This document shows positions 38,178-50,154 of a stretch of DNA of 64,000 bases, piece after piece (the first letter of the stretch is position 1; each line of letters starts with the position of its first letter). The translations under genes and the position numbers were made by a program. Below the pieces are notes generated by a model that ran no database searches, had not been told where the DNA came from, and was given only the letters and a program-made list of their open reading frames with translations. Where the stretch lies: assembly GCA_024679065.1 (NCBI GenBank), contig JAGIQG010000040.1:3348001-3412000 (forward strand). Direction: 5' to 3'. This DNA is from Sphyrna mokarran. Taxonomy: Eukaryota.

Positions 38178-38640
38178 ATGTGGCTTCTCGGTGTGTGGGT
38201 AATGTGGGGATCATTCCTGACAGGTAATTATGTGCAAAATGCATTGCACCGTTTGTCACGTTTCCCAAGCTCGATTCCAGACCATTCTTTCATGACCCAC
38301 CCGTCTGAATATGTTCTATTTTGTAAATTTCAGATCTGATTCATGGAGATTCTGTCACCCAGTCGCTCTCATCAGATGTTAAGACAGAAGGCGAGATCGT
38401 GACTTTAACTTGTAACTATCAAACCACAGAGAGCGACTATAGACTGTACTGGTACCGGCAACTTCCAGACACGCAGCCCGTCTTTATTCTGCGGAAAGAT
38501 CCTGATGGTTATGAAGATAAAGCAGATGTTTTTAAAAGTCGGTTCTATGTGGATCTCCAGGCCTCGAACAAATTCATCAGTTTGAATATATTCGACCTGA
38601 GCCTAGCGGATGCTGCTACTTACTACTGCGTGTTCAGACG
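38178..38640 (+). CDS. TCR alpha/delta V segment (leader 38178-38223, V exon 38334-38640)
   Basis: Leader MWLLGVWVMWGSFLT/GTAATT. V exon GDSVTQS..VTLTCNYQT..LYWYRQ..DAATYYCVFR. RSS CACAATG(38641)-23-GCAAAAACC(38671-38679). Confidence 0.95.
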
Positions 38641-39950
38641 CACAATGATGGAAAGAAGGTCCACCTCCGTGCAAAAACCTGCTTACATTGGAGGAATGAC
38701 GTTTGAGGGTTGCTTAATGGCCAGATGTTAACTGAGCTGTCAGCTCTCAAATACACACACTGAGGAAACCAAGATAACGTCAGATGAAACCACCACCTAA
38801 CCGTTCCCAGCAGCAGTGGAGAAAACCAACTGCAGAGTCGAATCTGTCAGGCTGATCCAGCACAGAACTATATCAGACTCATTCTTTTAAAAAAAACATC
38901 ATGCACATTTGTGATCTTGCTCTACCAGTCAGTAATGAGCTGGAAGCCAATGAATGGAAATACATCGAGCTACGATACAATTAGTGTCATGGTAATGTGA
39001 ATACACCCGTTGTTTGAGACTGCGGCTTGGAATTAAAGACTTATTTCTCAATTGGAGAACTTCCGCAGAACATTGCAAGCATTGAACCCAACGTTATTGC
39101 ACTGAACAGCAAATTTCAAAGCTATCTCTGCAGAAAAAAAACTCGCATTCAGTTTCACTTTAGTCCTACAATCTATAGGTTACACTACACTAACAATAAT
39201 ACAAATCAGGAAACATGTGGCATTGACACAAGTTGAGAATATAATAAATACAGTGAGTCTCCAGAAATAAGGCAATTTAACAGCTACCACTAACAGAGGA
39301 GCCCATTCATCACGTATTCTTGACTACTGTGCCTAATCAATCAATATACCGCATGGTATTGGGGAATGAGGACTCTCAGTATTATCATTATAAATCACCA
39401 GTTGAGAAAACAGCACCATCTTTATAATTTGCCTTATTTGTTTCGGACTCTGTTACACTGGTCAACTTCCCTGACCTGTGTCTCAAATTTAAATTTATTT
39501 AAATAAACGAGTGGTTTTATGCTCCACAGTCACAGTTCAATTTAAATGATATTTCAAGATAAATTATTCCCATATCAAATTATATATTATATTGTTGATT
39601 TTATATCTCACCTTCCTTGAACTTATGTCATCTCAACCATTGCTACCCTCTTTGTCTATATACTTTTCTCACTGTATCTCTCCCTAACTCTCTTACTGAC
39701 TTGTCATTATCATTGTCATTGTGTTTCTGTCCATTTCACTCCCTATTATTCTGTGAATCCTATCCCCCTAAGTCCATCTCTCCTTATATCAGGTGAACAA
39801 TATCCATTTCCAACCATTGCAATAGCAGAGAGCTCAGTGACCTTCAAAGGGTGTTGCTGACTTCACTTATCCATTTCATATTTACTGCGGCATCCTCATA
39901 CTCTCTGATCTTTATGGATTCACTGACATTTATTGATTATCAAGCGCCAA

Positions 39951-39992
39951 GTATGTGGAGTGTAATGGTTGTCATGTTTGCTTCCCACGCGA
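39951..39992 (+). pseudogene. tRNA-Val-like 5' half relic
   Basis: GTATGTGGAGTGTAATGGTTGTCATGTTTGCTTCCCACGCGA resembles the 5' half of tRNA-Val; the T arm is missing. Confidence 0.35.
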
Positions 39993-40264
39993 TTTGAAAT
40001 TAGGCAGAAACATTATCCGAAATTTTTAATTAAGCTTGAGCAACATTTGTTGCGGAAGATTACCAATTTGTGATGTTACATCCATATTACATTGATGTCA
40101 CCTCGGCCTCAAATGCTTCAGGAAAATCAGAAATGCTGTATTTCAAGATGCAATGGTCGGATAGAAATATTACTATTATTTGTACACATTCGCAACTCGT
40201 TAAATTCACAACAGAATTTGATGGGTTTATAGATGCAGATTAACATTATTAATCACCATAGAAT

Positions 40265-40992
40265 CATTGTGTCATAGAGAGTCATAGAGATCTACAGCAT
40301 GGAAACAGGCCCTTCGGCCCAAATTGTCTGTACCACCTCTTTTTCTAACCCCTAACCTAGTCCCAATTGCCTACATTTGGCCCATATTCCTCTGTACCAT
40401 CTTACCCATGTAACTGTCTGAAAGCTTCTTGAAGGACAAAATTGTTCCTTCCTAGTCTACTATATCTTGTTACATGAGTAACTTGTTCCAGATACCCACC
40501 CTCTGTGCGAAAAGAGATTGTCCCTCTAGACACTTCTGTATCTCTCCCTTCTCAATTTAAACTGATGCCATCTCTTTTTGAACTCCCCAACTCTGGAAAA
40601 AGGTGTTGACTATCTAGTTGACTTATGCTCCTTATTATTTTATAGACTGCTATACGCTCACCCCGAATCCTTCTATGCTCTAGAGAAAAAAGTCCCAAGT
40701 ATTGTCTTGTCTAAATTCAACAAGACGTCCCAACTCCCACATTCAGTGTTCTGGCCGAAGAAACCAAGCATGCCAAATGCCTTCTTCACCAATCTGTCCA
40801 CTTGTGACTCCAATTTCAAGGAGCGATGAACCTGTACCCCTAGATCTCTTTGATCTGTAACTCTTCCCAACACCCTACCATTAACTGAGCGAGACCTGCC
40901 CTGGCCCGATTGACTAAAATGCAACATCTGGCATTTATCTGAATTACACTTCTTCTGCCATTCATCAGCCCACTGCCCCAATTGATCAAGAC
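40265..40992 (-). mobile_element. older CR1 LINE 3' fragment
   Basis: LDQLGQWADEWQ..RDLGVQVHRSLK..KKAFGML, plus a CR1 tail. Confidence 0.85.
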
Positions 40993-41631
40993 CAAGCTGA
41001 AACATGATGAAGATCATCTGAAACATATTTAATGGTATTGTGTGCTCATGAATACACAGGTGGAACTGTAACTGAACAAAAGGAAATGGCCAAAATTTCC
41101 AAGAAGCATCTATTAAAAATTGTTCTTCATTATAAAGAAATGGGGAAAAGAAACATTCAGACAGACGAGGAAATCGAGAATCAGCGCGGATCTGCTGGAG
41201 TTCCTATAGGTGAACGAGCCAGAATGTTTCACACGCAGAATAAAGGGCGATCAAGTATAACGAACAGATTATCCTGAAATGTCTTCCCTTTTAACATGTT
41301 TGATTTTGCTTAAAAGCTGACTGTGTTGTTTCTCAAATAAGCACCAGGGGATGTGTATGACCCAGTGACTTTATTTCTTTTGTTGGCCTTTCAATGCTGT
41401 ATATTTCATAGATATTCAATTCGGAATGAGGAAATATGTGTTAATTAAATGTATAGATATTAAATGCCGAATAAAGAACAAATATTGAAAAGAACTGTTT
41501 GAAATTATTCAACAGAAGAGGAGAATGATGCATTAATGACTAAGCATAACACCGTGGAATCACCTTCAACATTCACACTGACGAGGTTCAAGATGAGACC
41601 ACAATGTGTTTATGGGAGATTCACGTTGGAC

Positions 41632-42591
41632 ATAGATAGAACATAGAACATAGAACATTACAGCGCAGAACAGGCCCTTCGGCCTTCGATGTTGCGCCGA
41701 CCAATTAGGAACAAGCAGTGACCCTCTAACCTAAACCATTCCCTTTTCATCCATAAACTTATCTACTAACCTCTTAAAATGCCACCAAACTTGGCGCATC
41801 TACAACTGACGCAGGCAAGGCATTCCATACCCTTACCACCCTCTGGGTAAAGAACCTACCTCTGACATATGTCCTAAAACCACCATCCCTTAATTTAAAG
41901 CTATGTCCCCTCGTGCTAGCTTTCTCCATCCTAGGAAAAAGGCTATCACTGTCCACCCTATCTAAACCTCTAATCATCTTATATGTTTCGATAAGGTCTC
42001 CTCTTAGCCGCCTCCTTTCTAACGAAAAAAACCTCAAATCCCTCAGCCTCTCTTCATAAGACCTGCCCTCCATACCAGGCAACATCCTGGTAAACCTCCT
42101 CTGTACCCTCTCCAATGCCTCCACATCTTTCTTATAATGCGGGGGACCAGAACTGCACACAATACTCCAAGTGCGGCCGCACTAGAGTTTTGTACAGTTG
42201 CAACATGACGTTGCGGCTCCGAAATTCAATCACCCTACCAATAAAAGCTAAGACTCCGTATGCCTTCTTAACAACCTTATCGACTTGATTGCCAACTTTC
42301 AGGGATCTATTAATATATACACCAAGATCCCTCTGTTCATCAACACTATTGAGAGTCCTACCATTAGCCCTATACTCTACACATTTGTTATTCCTGCCAA
42401 AGTGAATTACCTCACAATTTTCCACATTAAACTCCATTTGCCACCTCTCGGCCCAGCTCTGCAACTTGTCCAAGTCTCTCTGCAAACTATAACACCCCTC
42501 TTCACTATCTACCACTCCTCCGACTTTGGTGTCATCCGCAAATTTACGAATCCATCCTTCAATACCCTCATCCAGATCATTTATAAAAATT
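41632..42591 (-). mobile_element. young CR1 3' fragment with (TGTTCTA)n tail
   Basis: RT C-terminus FADDTKVGG..WNALPASVVDAPSL with one frameshift. Confidence 0.9.
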
Positions 42592-43182
42592 ACAGTGACC
42601 TTATAAATAGTGACCTTAATATAATCGCCAAAAACTAGAGAAGGGATAGAACAAAACAAAAACATATGGCACCTTATGGGAATCAGCACATAATTTATTC
42701 CTCGGTTTGCATTATACACCCGTTTCTTTTTAATTGTATCTTGCTCGCTCTCGCTTTTTTCTTCTATTTCGAGACTGTTACGTCCCTGCCAATTTCTTTC
42801 ATTCATCATTTTCATTTCTTTGCATCCATAGTCAAGTTCAATGACAGATTACAAGGCCAAATGCTTTATTTTCTGAACAGGTGGGATGAGGAGGGAAGAG
42901 GCGGGGCTGATTTCCAAGCACAAGCCGCGCCCAGAGCAGTGACGCGGTCAGATAGTGTAACAGGAGGTAGAGCGACTGTATTTGACCAGTGAGCACTCTT
43001 AGGAACATACTGCTCCCCCGTTATCGCATTGCTACTTTGTATTGGCAAACGATTTCTCGAGACACTTCCTTGCCTTCTGTTTTAGCTTTCTGTACAACAG
43101 TCGCTTAATTTAAAGGATTACAATAGTAAATATATCCATATCTCCACACATGCGATTCAAGGGGATCATTGGCCAAGAAATA

Positions 43183-43633
43183 ATGGGGTTCTTCTATTGT
43201 TGTCATCTGGTTATATTGTGGAAGTTGTTCGGTATGTAACACCATAACTTTTTATCTGTTGGCAGTATTGTGATGTTAACAGACTCCGCAGCTCAGTGTT
43301 GCGTTAACCTTTCTTTGTGTTTTATTCAGGGCTGATTCAAGCAGATTATGTGTCGCAACCTCAGACTGAACTGTATATTACTGAAGGAGATAGAGTGAGA
43401 ATGGACTGCAGCTACACGACAAGTCACAGCGATCCTGATCTTTACTGGTACAGACAGCACACGGATCAGGCTCTGCATTTTATTTTGTACCGAGATAGAG
43501 ACAGCAGAAAAGACGCAGATTTTGCCCAGGGAAAATTCGAGGCCGATCAGACAAATGCAGAAAATAATTTTCCTTTAACGCTTATTCGAGCAGAAACCCA
43601 AGATACCGCTGTCTATTTCTGCGCGTTGAAAGA
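43183..43633 (+). CDS. TCR alpha/delta V segment (leader 43183-43231, V exon 43330-43633)
   Basis: Leader MGFFYCCHLVILWKLF/GTATGT. V exon ADYVSQP..VRMDCSYTT..LYWYRQ..DTAVYFCALK. RSS CACAGAG(43634)-23-ACAAAAACC(43664-43672). Confidence 0.95.
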
Positions 43634-44499
43634 CACAGAGATTTAAAATTCATCTATCGCTGTACAAAAACCTTATCAAACAGAACAGGCACAGATGGTG
43701 CCGCGAATTCAAGTTCTATCTCCGGTTCCGTGTTAACAGTTCCATTTCTGAATTCTATCGCGTCTAATTCAGGAAACTGTGAGTTCCGGTCTCCCTCCAG
43801 AGACATTCTAGCTGCCACTTACACTGCCAGACCTATAGAGTTCGAGTGTCTCCGCAAATGAATTGCTCAGATAAAGTACTAAATAGAGCGTTCTCCTGGC
43901 TTTTCTGGAGGATCTTAAACACTTCAACGCATTGGCCTGTAAAGCAACCCAATTCTCCAAGACATTTATACCTCCGTCGACAAGCTACAGTAGATGATCA
44001 TGTTATGTGGAATCATGTTTTGTTCATAATAGCTCTTTCCGACATTAAAATAGTGACTGCAATTCAGATTCATTTCATATTTGTTGCGAACATGCTGAAT
44101 GGTGTCGGCCATCTTTCTTTGTCATTGTTGGTAGCAAGAGAAAATAATGCAACTTGCGGTCCTGCAAACATTTTTTTCTGTTTTCCACTCAACAATCACG
44201 CAAACAATGCCAATTGCCTGACTGGGCCTTACGTCCGGTCCTGGGGATTCTGAGTTTTCAAATAACCTAACTGAGGTTTCTGTACTAATCCAAGGAAAGC
44301 TCTTGAACTCAGTCCTCTGAAAGGTCTTTAGCTCCTCACATGCAATATTTGACTGGATCGCAAACCGCTTTTCTTTACCTTTAAAATCAGTCGTTTCATT
44401 AGCCTGCTCATGTTTCTCTTGGCCTTCATAGCGAGTGGATTTGAGTTTAGGGATAGGGATGTTTTGTTGCTGTTGTATCGGGCGTTGGCAAGGCCAAAC

Positions 44500-45430
44500 T
44501 TGAAGAATTGTATATAGGTTTGGTGTCCTTATCTGAGGAACAAAGTCCTTGTTATCGAGGGAACAGCGAAGATTTACCAAACGATCCTTGTGATGGATAG
44601 TCTGTCATATAAGAGGGACTATGTCTGTAGGATTGTATTTATTGGAGTTTAGAAGAGTCAGAGAGGATCTCACAGAAATTTATAAAATTCTAATAGAGTT
44701 AGAACATAGAACAGAGAACATTACAGCGCAGAAGGCCCTTCAGCCTTCGATGTTGCGCCGACAATTAGGAACAAGCAGTGACCCTCTAACCTAAACCATT
44801 CCTCTTTCATCCATAAACTTATCAACTAACCTCTTAAACGCCACCAAACTTGGCGCATCTACAACTGACGCAGGCAAGGCATTCCATACCCTTACCACCC
44901 TCTGGGCAAAGAACATACCTCTGACATCTGTCCTAAAACCACCACCCCTTAATTTAAAGCTATGTCCCCTTGTGCGAGCTTTCTCCATCCTAGGAAAAAG
45001 GCTATCACTGTCCACCCTCTCTAAACCTCTAATCATCTTATATGTTTCAATAAGGTTAAGTTCGACAGGGTAAATTCAGAAAGAATGTTCCCATTGTATG
45101 CAAGTTCAGAATTAGGGGTCATAACGTGAGGATGAGGGGTAAACCATTTAGAACTGAAGTGAGGAGAAATGTCTTCAGTCGGGCGGGGGTGTGGTGGGGA
45201 AGTGGTGAATGGATGGAATTCACTGGCACCGGATGTAGTTGACGGCAAAACGTTGCCTGATTTCAAAAATGAATTAGATATAGCTCTTGATGCTAAAGAG
45301 TTCAAGGGATGTGGAGGGAAGGGTGGATCAAGATATTGTATTTCATGATCAGCCATGATCAAGATGAATGGAGGAGCAGGCTCGAAGGGTCAAATCTCTT
45401 ATTCCTACTTCTAGTTCCTATTTTTCTATA
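44500..45430 (+). mobile_element. older CR1 3' fragment with a nested young CR1 3' end (-, ~44703-45055)
   Basis: The host coding end resumes after the minus-strand insert, which carries a (TGTTCTA)n tail. Confidence 0.8.
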
Positions 45431-45558
45431 CATCAATTAACGGAGGCAATTGGATATCCTTCTCTATGTGTTTGAGTGACTGACAGCCTCGCTGTGATTG
45501 CACCTTTCCAAGATTCTAGACGATTTCACTAGGCAGGAGTTGCAGTTTCAATCGGAAG

Positions 45559-46047
45559 ACGGTTTGTATTGGCTTAATACTATTTTCTATTACTGTGAGT
45601 CCCAAAGCGCAGTAATAAACAACGGCGTTGGTCGGCTGCAAGCCCATGATGGTCACATTGTGGTGGAGTCTGACAGCTGGAGGTCTGAAGCAAAACGCTT
45701 TCCTAACGCTGATCCTTTCCTTTCCATTCCATAACATCTCAAGGCCATCTCCACACAACAAACTGGGGCTCTTTGGCTGGTTGCTGTAGGCACCAATGTA
45801 CATAATACCTTTCTTCTGTAGTGCGATAGGTACACTTGATAGTCACAGCTTCACTTTCTTTCATGCTCACTGATGTCCGGGACTGAGTAACTCAATCTCC
45901 AGCACGCTGATCTGCACTGTGTTCAGGAACAAGACAAGACTGCACATTAACAAGAAAGTAACACTTTAGTTTGAATAGAACATTGGTGAAGTCATTCTTA
46001 CCATCAAAAATCATCCCAAACACAATCCAGATTCTGAATATCTGCAC
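45559..46047 (-). pseudogene. TCR V pseudogene
   Basis: Leader starts GTG (VQIFRIWIVFGMIFD/GTAAGA). V exon from 45911 has an early TGA (AGD*VTQS..TIKCTY..YVHWCLQ), a frameshift, then ..NAVVYYCALG. RSS CACAGTA-23-ACAAACCGT. Confidence 0.85.
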
Positions 46048-46864
46048 GGCCGCTGCTGAGTCTGAACCTCTCTCTTCCTTTGCGATGTCAAACCCGGTGC
46101 TGTTTAAACACCAATACTGGATTGAATTGGTCAAATTCTCTTCCTCCTGCCATCATTTGCCGGCAATGATGCAATCCCACAAGATACTTATATTAAATTC
46201 AAATTAAGGGTTAGCTAATGTTCTTTCACCGACAGGATTAAATATTTCCTTGTGGAGTCAGTCATTCAGTGAGTACACTCAAACCAGCAAGTTAACTCCA
46301 TCTTTACTGAAGTCTATGATTCATTTCCTGAGGCCACTGATCTTATTCCATTGATGTGCGATTATATTTAGTGGGGCCATTGTTAAAGTATAATCAGACA
46401 TCAGAAATCGAATAAGATGATATGTTTATCTCTCTTTCTTTGTCTCAGGTCCTTTCGCGCTCTTTCTTATTATGTCCCTATTTCTCCCTCTCCCTCACCC
46501 TATATTCTTCTCTTAGTTTCTTCTTTTCTATTTTTCTGATCCTATCTCTCAGACAGCCTTTCTTAAACTATCTCCGTCCATCTTAGCGCCCAGAGCGCTA
46601 TCTCTTTGTGTTTCACGGTCTTTTGCTCCTTTTTTCGCTGCCTTCCTGTTTATTTTTCCTTGCCTTTCTCCCACCCTATTTCGTTAGAGACTCAATCATT
46701 CAGAATGCCTTTTCACATCGATTAACTCTATTTCCGACTGCATTCACACAGTAATAAACGGTCTCGGTCAGATTCTGCAGTTGTCAGAAGTGAAGGTTCT
46801 GAGTTCACAAACTTGAACTCCTATCACTCGGCTGATGTGGCATTCCAGTGATAGTTTCCGTGCG

Positions 46865-48028
46865 AGGTTTGTATTAGATTGTATCATCGTGAATGATCAG
46901 CGCACAATAATACACCCCACTGTCACTCAGCTGTACATTTGTCAGGGTTAAACTGAAAAAACGATTCAACACTTGGAGTGTTGAAAGCCTCCCACACACT
47001 CAGCTTTCTCTGCTTCTCCCTCTGAATTCCTTTCGATTAAAAGTTCTGGCTTCTCCCTCGGTTTTTGTCGGTAACAGAGCAGATCATAGCAGTGGCTGTC
47101 TGTGGAGAATGAATGGAGCAACACCACGCGTTCTTGCTCCAAACATGCGGCTTGCTTATCAGTTTTAGAATAACACAGTCCTTCAAATGGTAACTAGAAA
47201 TTGGATATACGCTTAAATGTGGGGAATCCCAGTCAACATTCATTCATTCTCCCCTCGACAAAGGGTCATTGAATGTAATAGCAAATAAGGAGAACATTCA
47301 GCATATATTGCCTGCACTGACAGATGATGGAGCTGCTATTTCACCACGCAGTCTGTACTTTCCGCAGAAGTACTGAAAATCTATTGCCTTTAAATATTCG
47401 TGCAGTTTCTTAACAGTTAAGATGAAATTTACTTTAACTAACATTTCACTCAGCATATCGAAACAGCATCTGCTGCATCAGCTCAGCAGGTCTGTGAAGA
47501 TAAAAACAGAGTTAGCATCTGGAGTCCATATAACTTTTGTTCACATTCTGTAGAATAATCAGGTGGGCTAGAAACATTCTCTTCCTCTCGAGGTTGACAT
47601 AATTCAAGTGAAGCCTGATTATCTATTGAAGAACCTTTTGTTTTTGTATTTGCACATTATAAATAGAGGTAAGAAGCCTGTATGGTTTTTAAGGTGCAAT
47701 TGAACAAACGCCTTCAGCGTTTTCCATACATACATTCAATGCTCTTTCCCTTCAATAACCTGATTTTTCACTACAGCAAACTATTGTAAATTTTAGTCCA
47801 ATCGAAGTGAATGGTCATTCAAATCTCGCTTCCGTCCGCCCATCCATTCATCCTACTTTTCGTCCATTAATCCATCCATCCTCTATTATCCCCTAAAAGG
47901 GTCTATAGTCCACTCCTTGTGTACACATCCACGCCTCTTACAATAGTAATATTGCAAAACAAGGTTCTACAGGAGGCTAAAGGACTCACCAAGTGTCAAA
48001 ACAAGAACCAAAACGGGAGCCCAGACAT
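46865..48028 (-). pseudogene. TCR V pseudogene (broken leader 48028-47990, V exon ~47185-46895)
   Basis: ..LLCYRQKPREKPELLI..FFSLTLTNVQLSDSGVYYCAL with a frameshift and a decayed RSS. The leader MSGLPFWFLF* precedes GTGAGT. Confidence 0.75.
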
Positions 48029-49223
48029 TCTTTCACATTTTCTCTCAAAATTGAATTTCCCACAGACTTAGAACATTTCCGGAAGTCGAGCTACAATCGA
48101 ACTATTAGAATCCCCAGAAATGTCCCGCTGTTTTACAGTTATTATCTCTGTTTCGGGACTCTCTATTTGATCCTGTGAGCTGCAATTTGACTGAGACTGA
48201 GGCTAATAAGGAGTGTAGACTGTGTCTGCTGCCTTAAATAAAACAGGAACTAAAATTAGCAGGATGCGCCTCCAGTGAAGCTGCCTTGCTGACTGAGACA
48301 AAGCAGGTGGTTCTCAAGCTTCACACTGAGATTCCACTTTATAGATTGTCCCATTCAGGACAAAGCGGCCCGTTTGACTCGTGCCCCTCGCACAAATATT
48401 CATTTACTTCATCAGCGACACCCAGTGGCAATCTTCTGTACCACATACACGAAGAACTGCAGGAACTCACCAAACCACTTTGGGCGCTACATTTCATAGA
48501 AACCGTACAGTGAAGAAAGAGGCCATCTGGTCCATTGAGTCTGCACAGACCCCAATCCGACCCAGGCCCTACCCCCTTTTCACTACACATTTACCCGCTA
48601 TGTCTCTAACCTACTCAACTCAGGACACTGAGGGGCAACTTTAGCATGGCCAATCAACCTAACCTGCACATTCTTGGATATTTCAGACTCAGAACAGCTA
48701 CAGTTTAGAACGACATGAGAACACTACCATTGTACGGACTTGGAAATATTCTTCATTCCTTTACTGTCCATTGGCCTCTATATATTCTGGAATTCCCTCC
48801 CTGAAAGCGCGGTGTGTGTACTTGCAGTGCAGGGACTGCAACCGTTCCAAAAGGCAATTCACTACCATCTTATCAAAGGCAATTAGAGATTGGAAATATC
48901 TGCTGCCATCGCCAGCCAAGTCCACATCCCCTGAATTAATAGCAATAAATAATCTACTCGAGAGCAAGTAGAGCATGAAATTCACTGCTGTGGGTCGTGC
49001 GATGAGCGTGTGTTGTGGCTGCCGAGAAATTTCGACCGAAAGTTCACAGCTATATTCACCATTTAAATTCTTGAATTTAATTTGAAGGATGGGCGTGGCC
49101 TAACTTGTCAATGTTCGGGTCTGAAGCATTTCAATTCAGCTCTGAGATCCAGACTCCCAAAGCAGTCCAACTCTGCAGTCTCCGCTCCCCGTCATTTAAA
49201 ACTCAGTTCCAGGCAGCAGAGCA

Positions 49224-49705
49224 ATGGGAATCCTTCTTGTTTTCACCGTGTGTGCCTATTTACCCCGTGAGTACCGATCAAGCTAACCTACATTGTGTGG
49301 ATTGAACATAAAGCTGCCCCAGTCCATCACAATTACAGACAGTGTGTGGGGTGTTAACCCGGTTGTGCGGTTCGGCTCTGCTTGTCCATTAAACTCTATG
49401 TGTTTAATTTGCAGGATTTTTCAGTCAGTCGGTGACACAAAGCCCGGCAGCGGCGACCAAGAAGGAGTGTCAGTCTCTCACCATCACCTGTGTTTTCAAT
49501 AGTGTTTATGATTTACAAAACGGCCATTTCTTCAGACAAACCCAGACCGGGACAGAGCGGGAGCGGATCTCCAGCGGAGGGAGGTTTATTGTGTTGGTGA
49601 ATAAAGCAGAAAAGACATTTTCGCTGGAAATTAGGGGTATGAGAATTGAAGACACCGCCACCTATTACTGTAAAGCTCAGCACTGGTACTACACACATGG
49701 GACTC
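49224..49705 (+). CDS. NARTCRV: NAR-TCR V segment (IgNAR-like V; leader 49224-49266, V exon 49415-49705), cassette 1
   Basis: SVTQSPAAATKKECQSLTITC..RERISSGGRF..KAEKTFSLEI..DTATYYCKA. This is the IgNAR-like short FR2/CDR2-less pattern with a non-canonical FR1 Cys. Confidence 0.92.
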
Positions 49706-49733
49706 CACAGTGGAAGAGAGGAGAACAAATACT
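49706..49733 (+). other. 12-bp-spacer RSS of NAR-TCR V1
   Basis: CACAGTG-GAAGAGAGGAGA-ACAAATACT; identical in cassette 2. Confidence 0.85.
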
Positions 49734-50062
49734 TCAATATTTCTGAACAGACGAAGAAATAATTTTCAGGTCACGGACCACAGCTTGCGAGCTCTTGTTA
49801 CTATCGTTGCAACATGGTTGAATTTCGTTGAAATTTCCTCCATTGAGTTATCTTCCTTTATCGTTTTATTCTATTTATACGAAGTGTCCATCTCCGCCCC
49901 GTTCCTGGGCCATTTTGCCAAGAGCTCAGAATGTCCCAAGGAACAGTTTGTTTCAATAGCAGATATAAAACAATCATTCTTCATTATTGGTCAATAGACC
50001 CTGAATAATTGATAAACACTAATTATTCCGTGTTTTTTTTCCCGGTAGTTTACGTTGCAAGT

Positions 50063-50101
50063 CATTCTTGTATTGGGCTAACTGAGAGTGTTGACACTGT
50101 G
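50063..50101 (-). other. 23-bp-spacer RSS of NAR-TCR J1
   Basis: CATTCTTGT-23-CACTGTG, i.e. CACAGTG-23-ACAAGAATG; identical in cassette 2. Confidence 0.8.
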
Positions 50102-50154
50102 GGGAGAATGGAGATTTACAGATGGGTCTGGGACAGTGGTGAATGTCTCAGCTG
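50102..50154 (+). CDS. NARTCRJ: NAR-TCR J segment, cassette 1
   Basis: GEWRFTDGSGTVVNVSA (IgNAR-like DGxG motif), then a phase-1 donor GTAAGT. Confidence 0.88.

Noticed and set aside
48340-48495. Possible very degenerate V fragment
   Set aside because: No conserved Cys/Trp framework or RSS could be aligned.
49734-50062. Possible D segment (CACAGCT at ~49779)
   Set aside because: No paired 5' RSS or nonamer, and the mirror copy reads CATAGCT.
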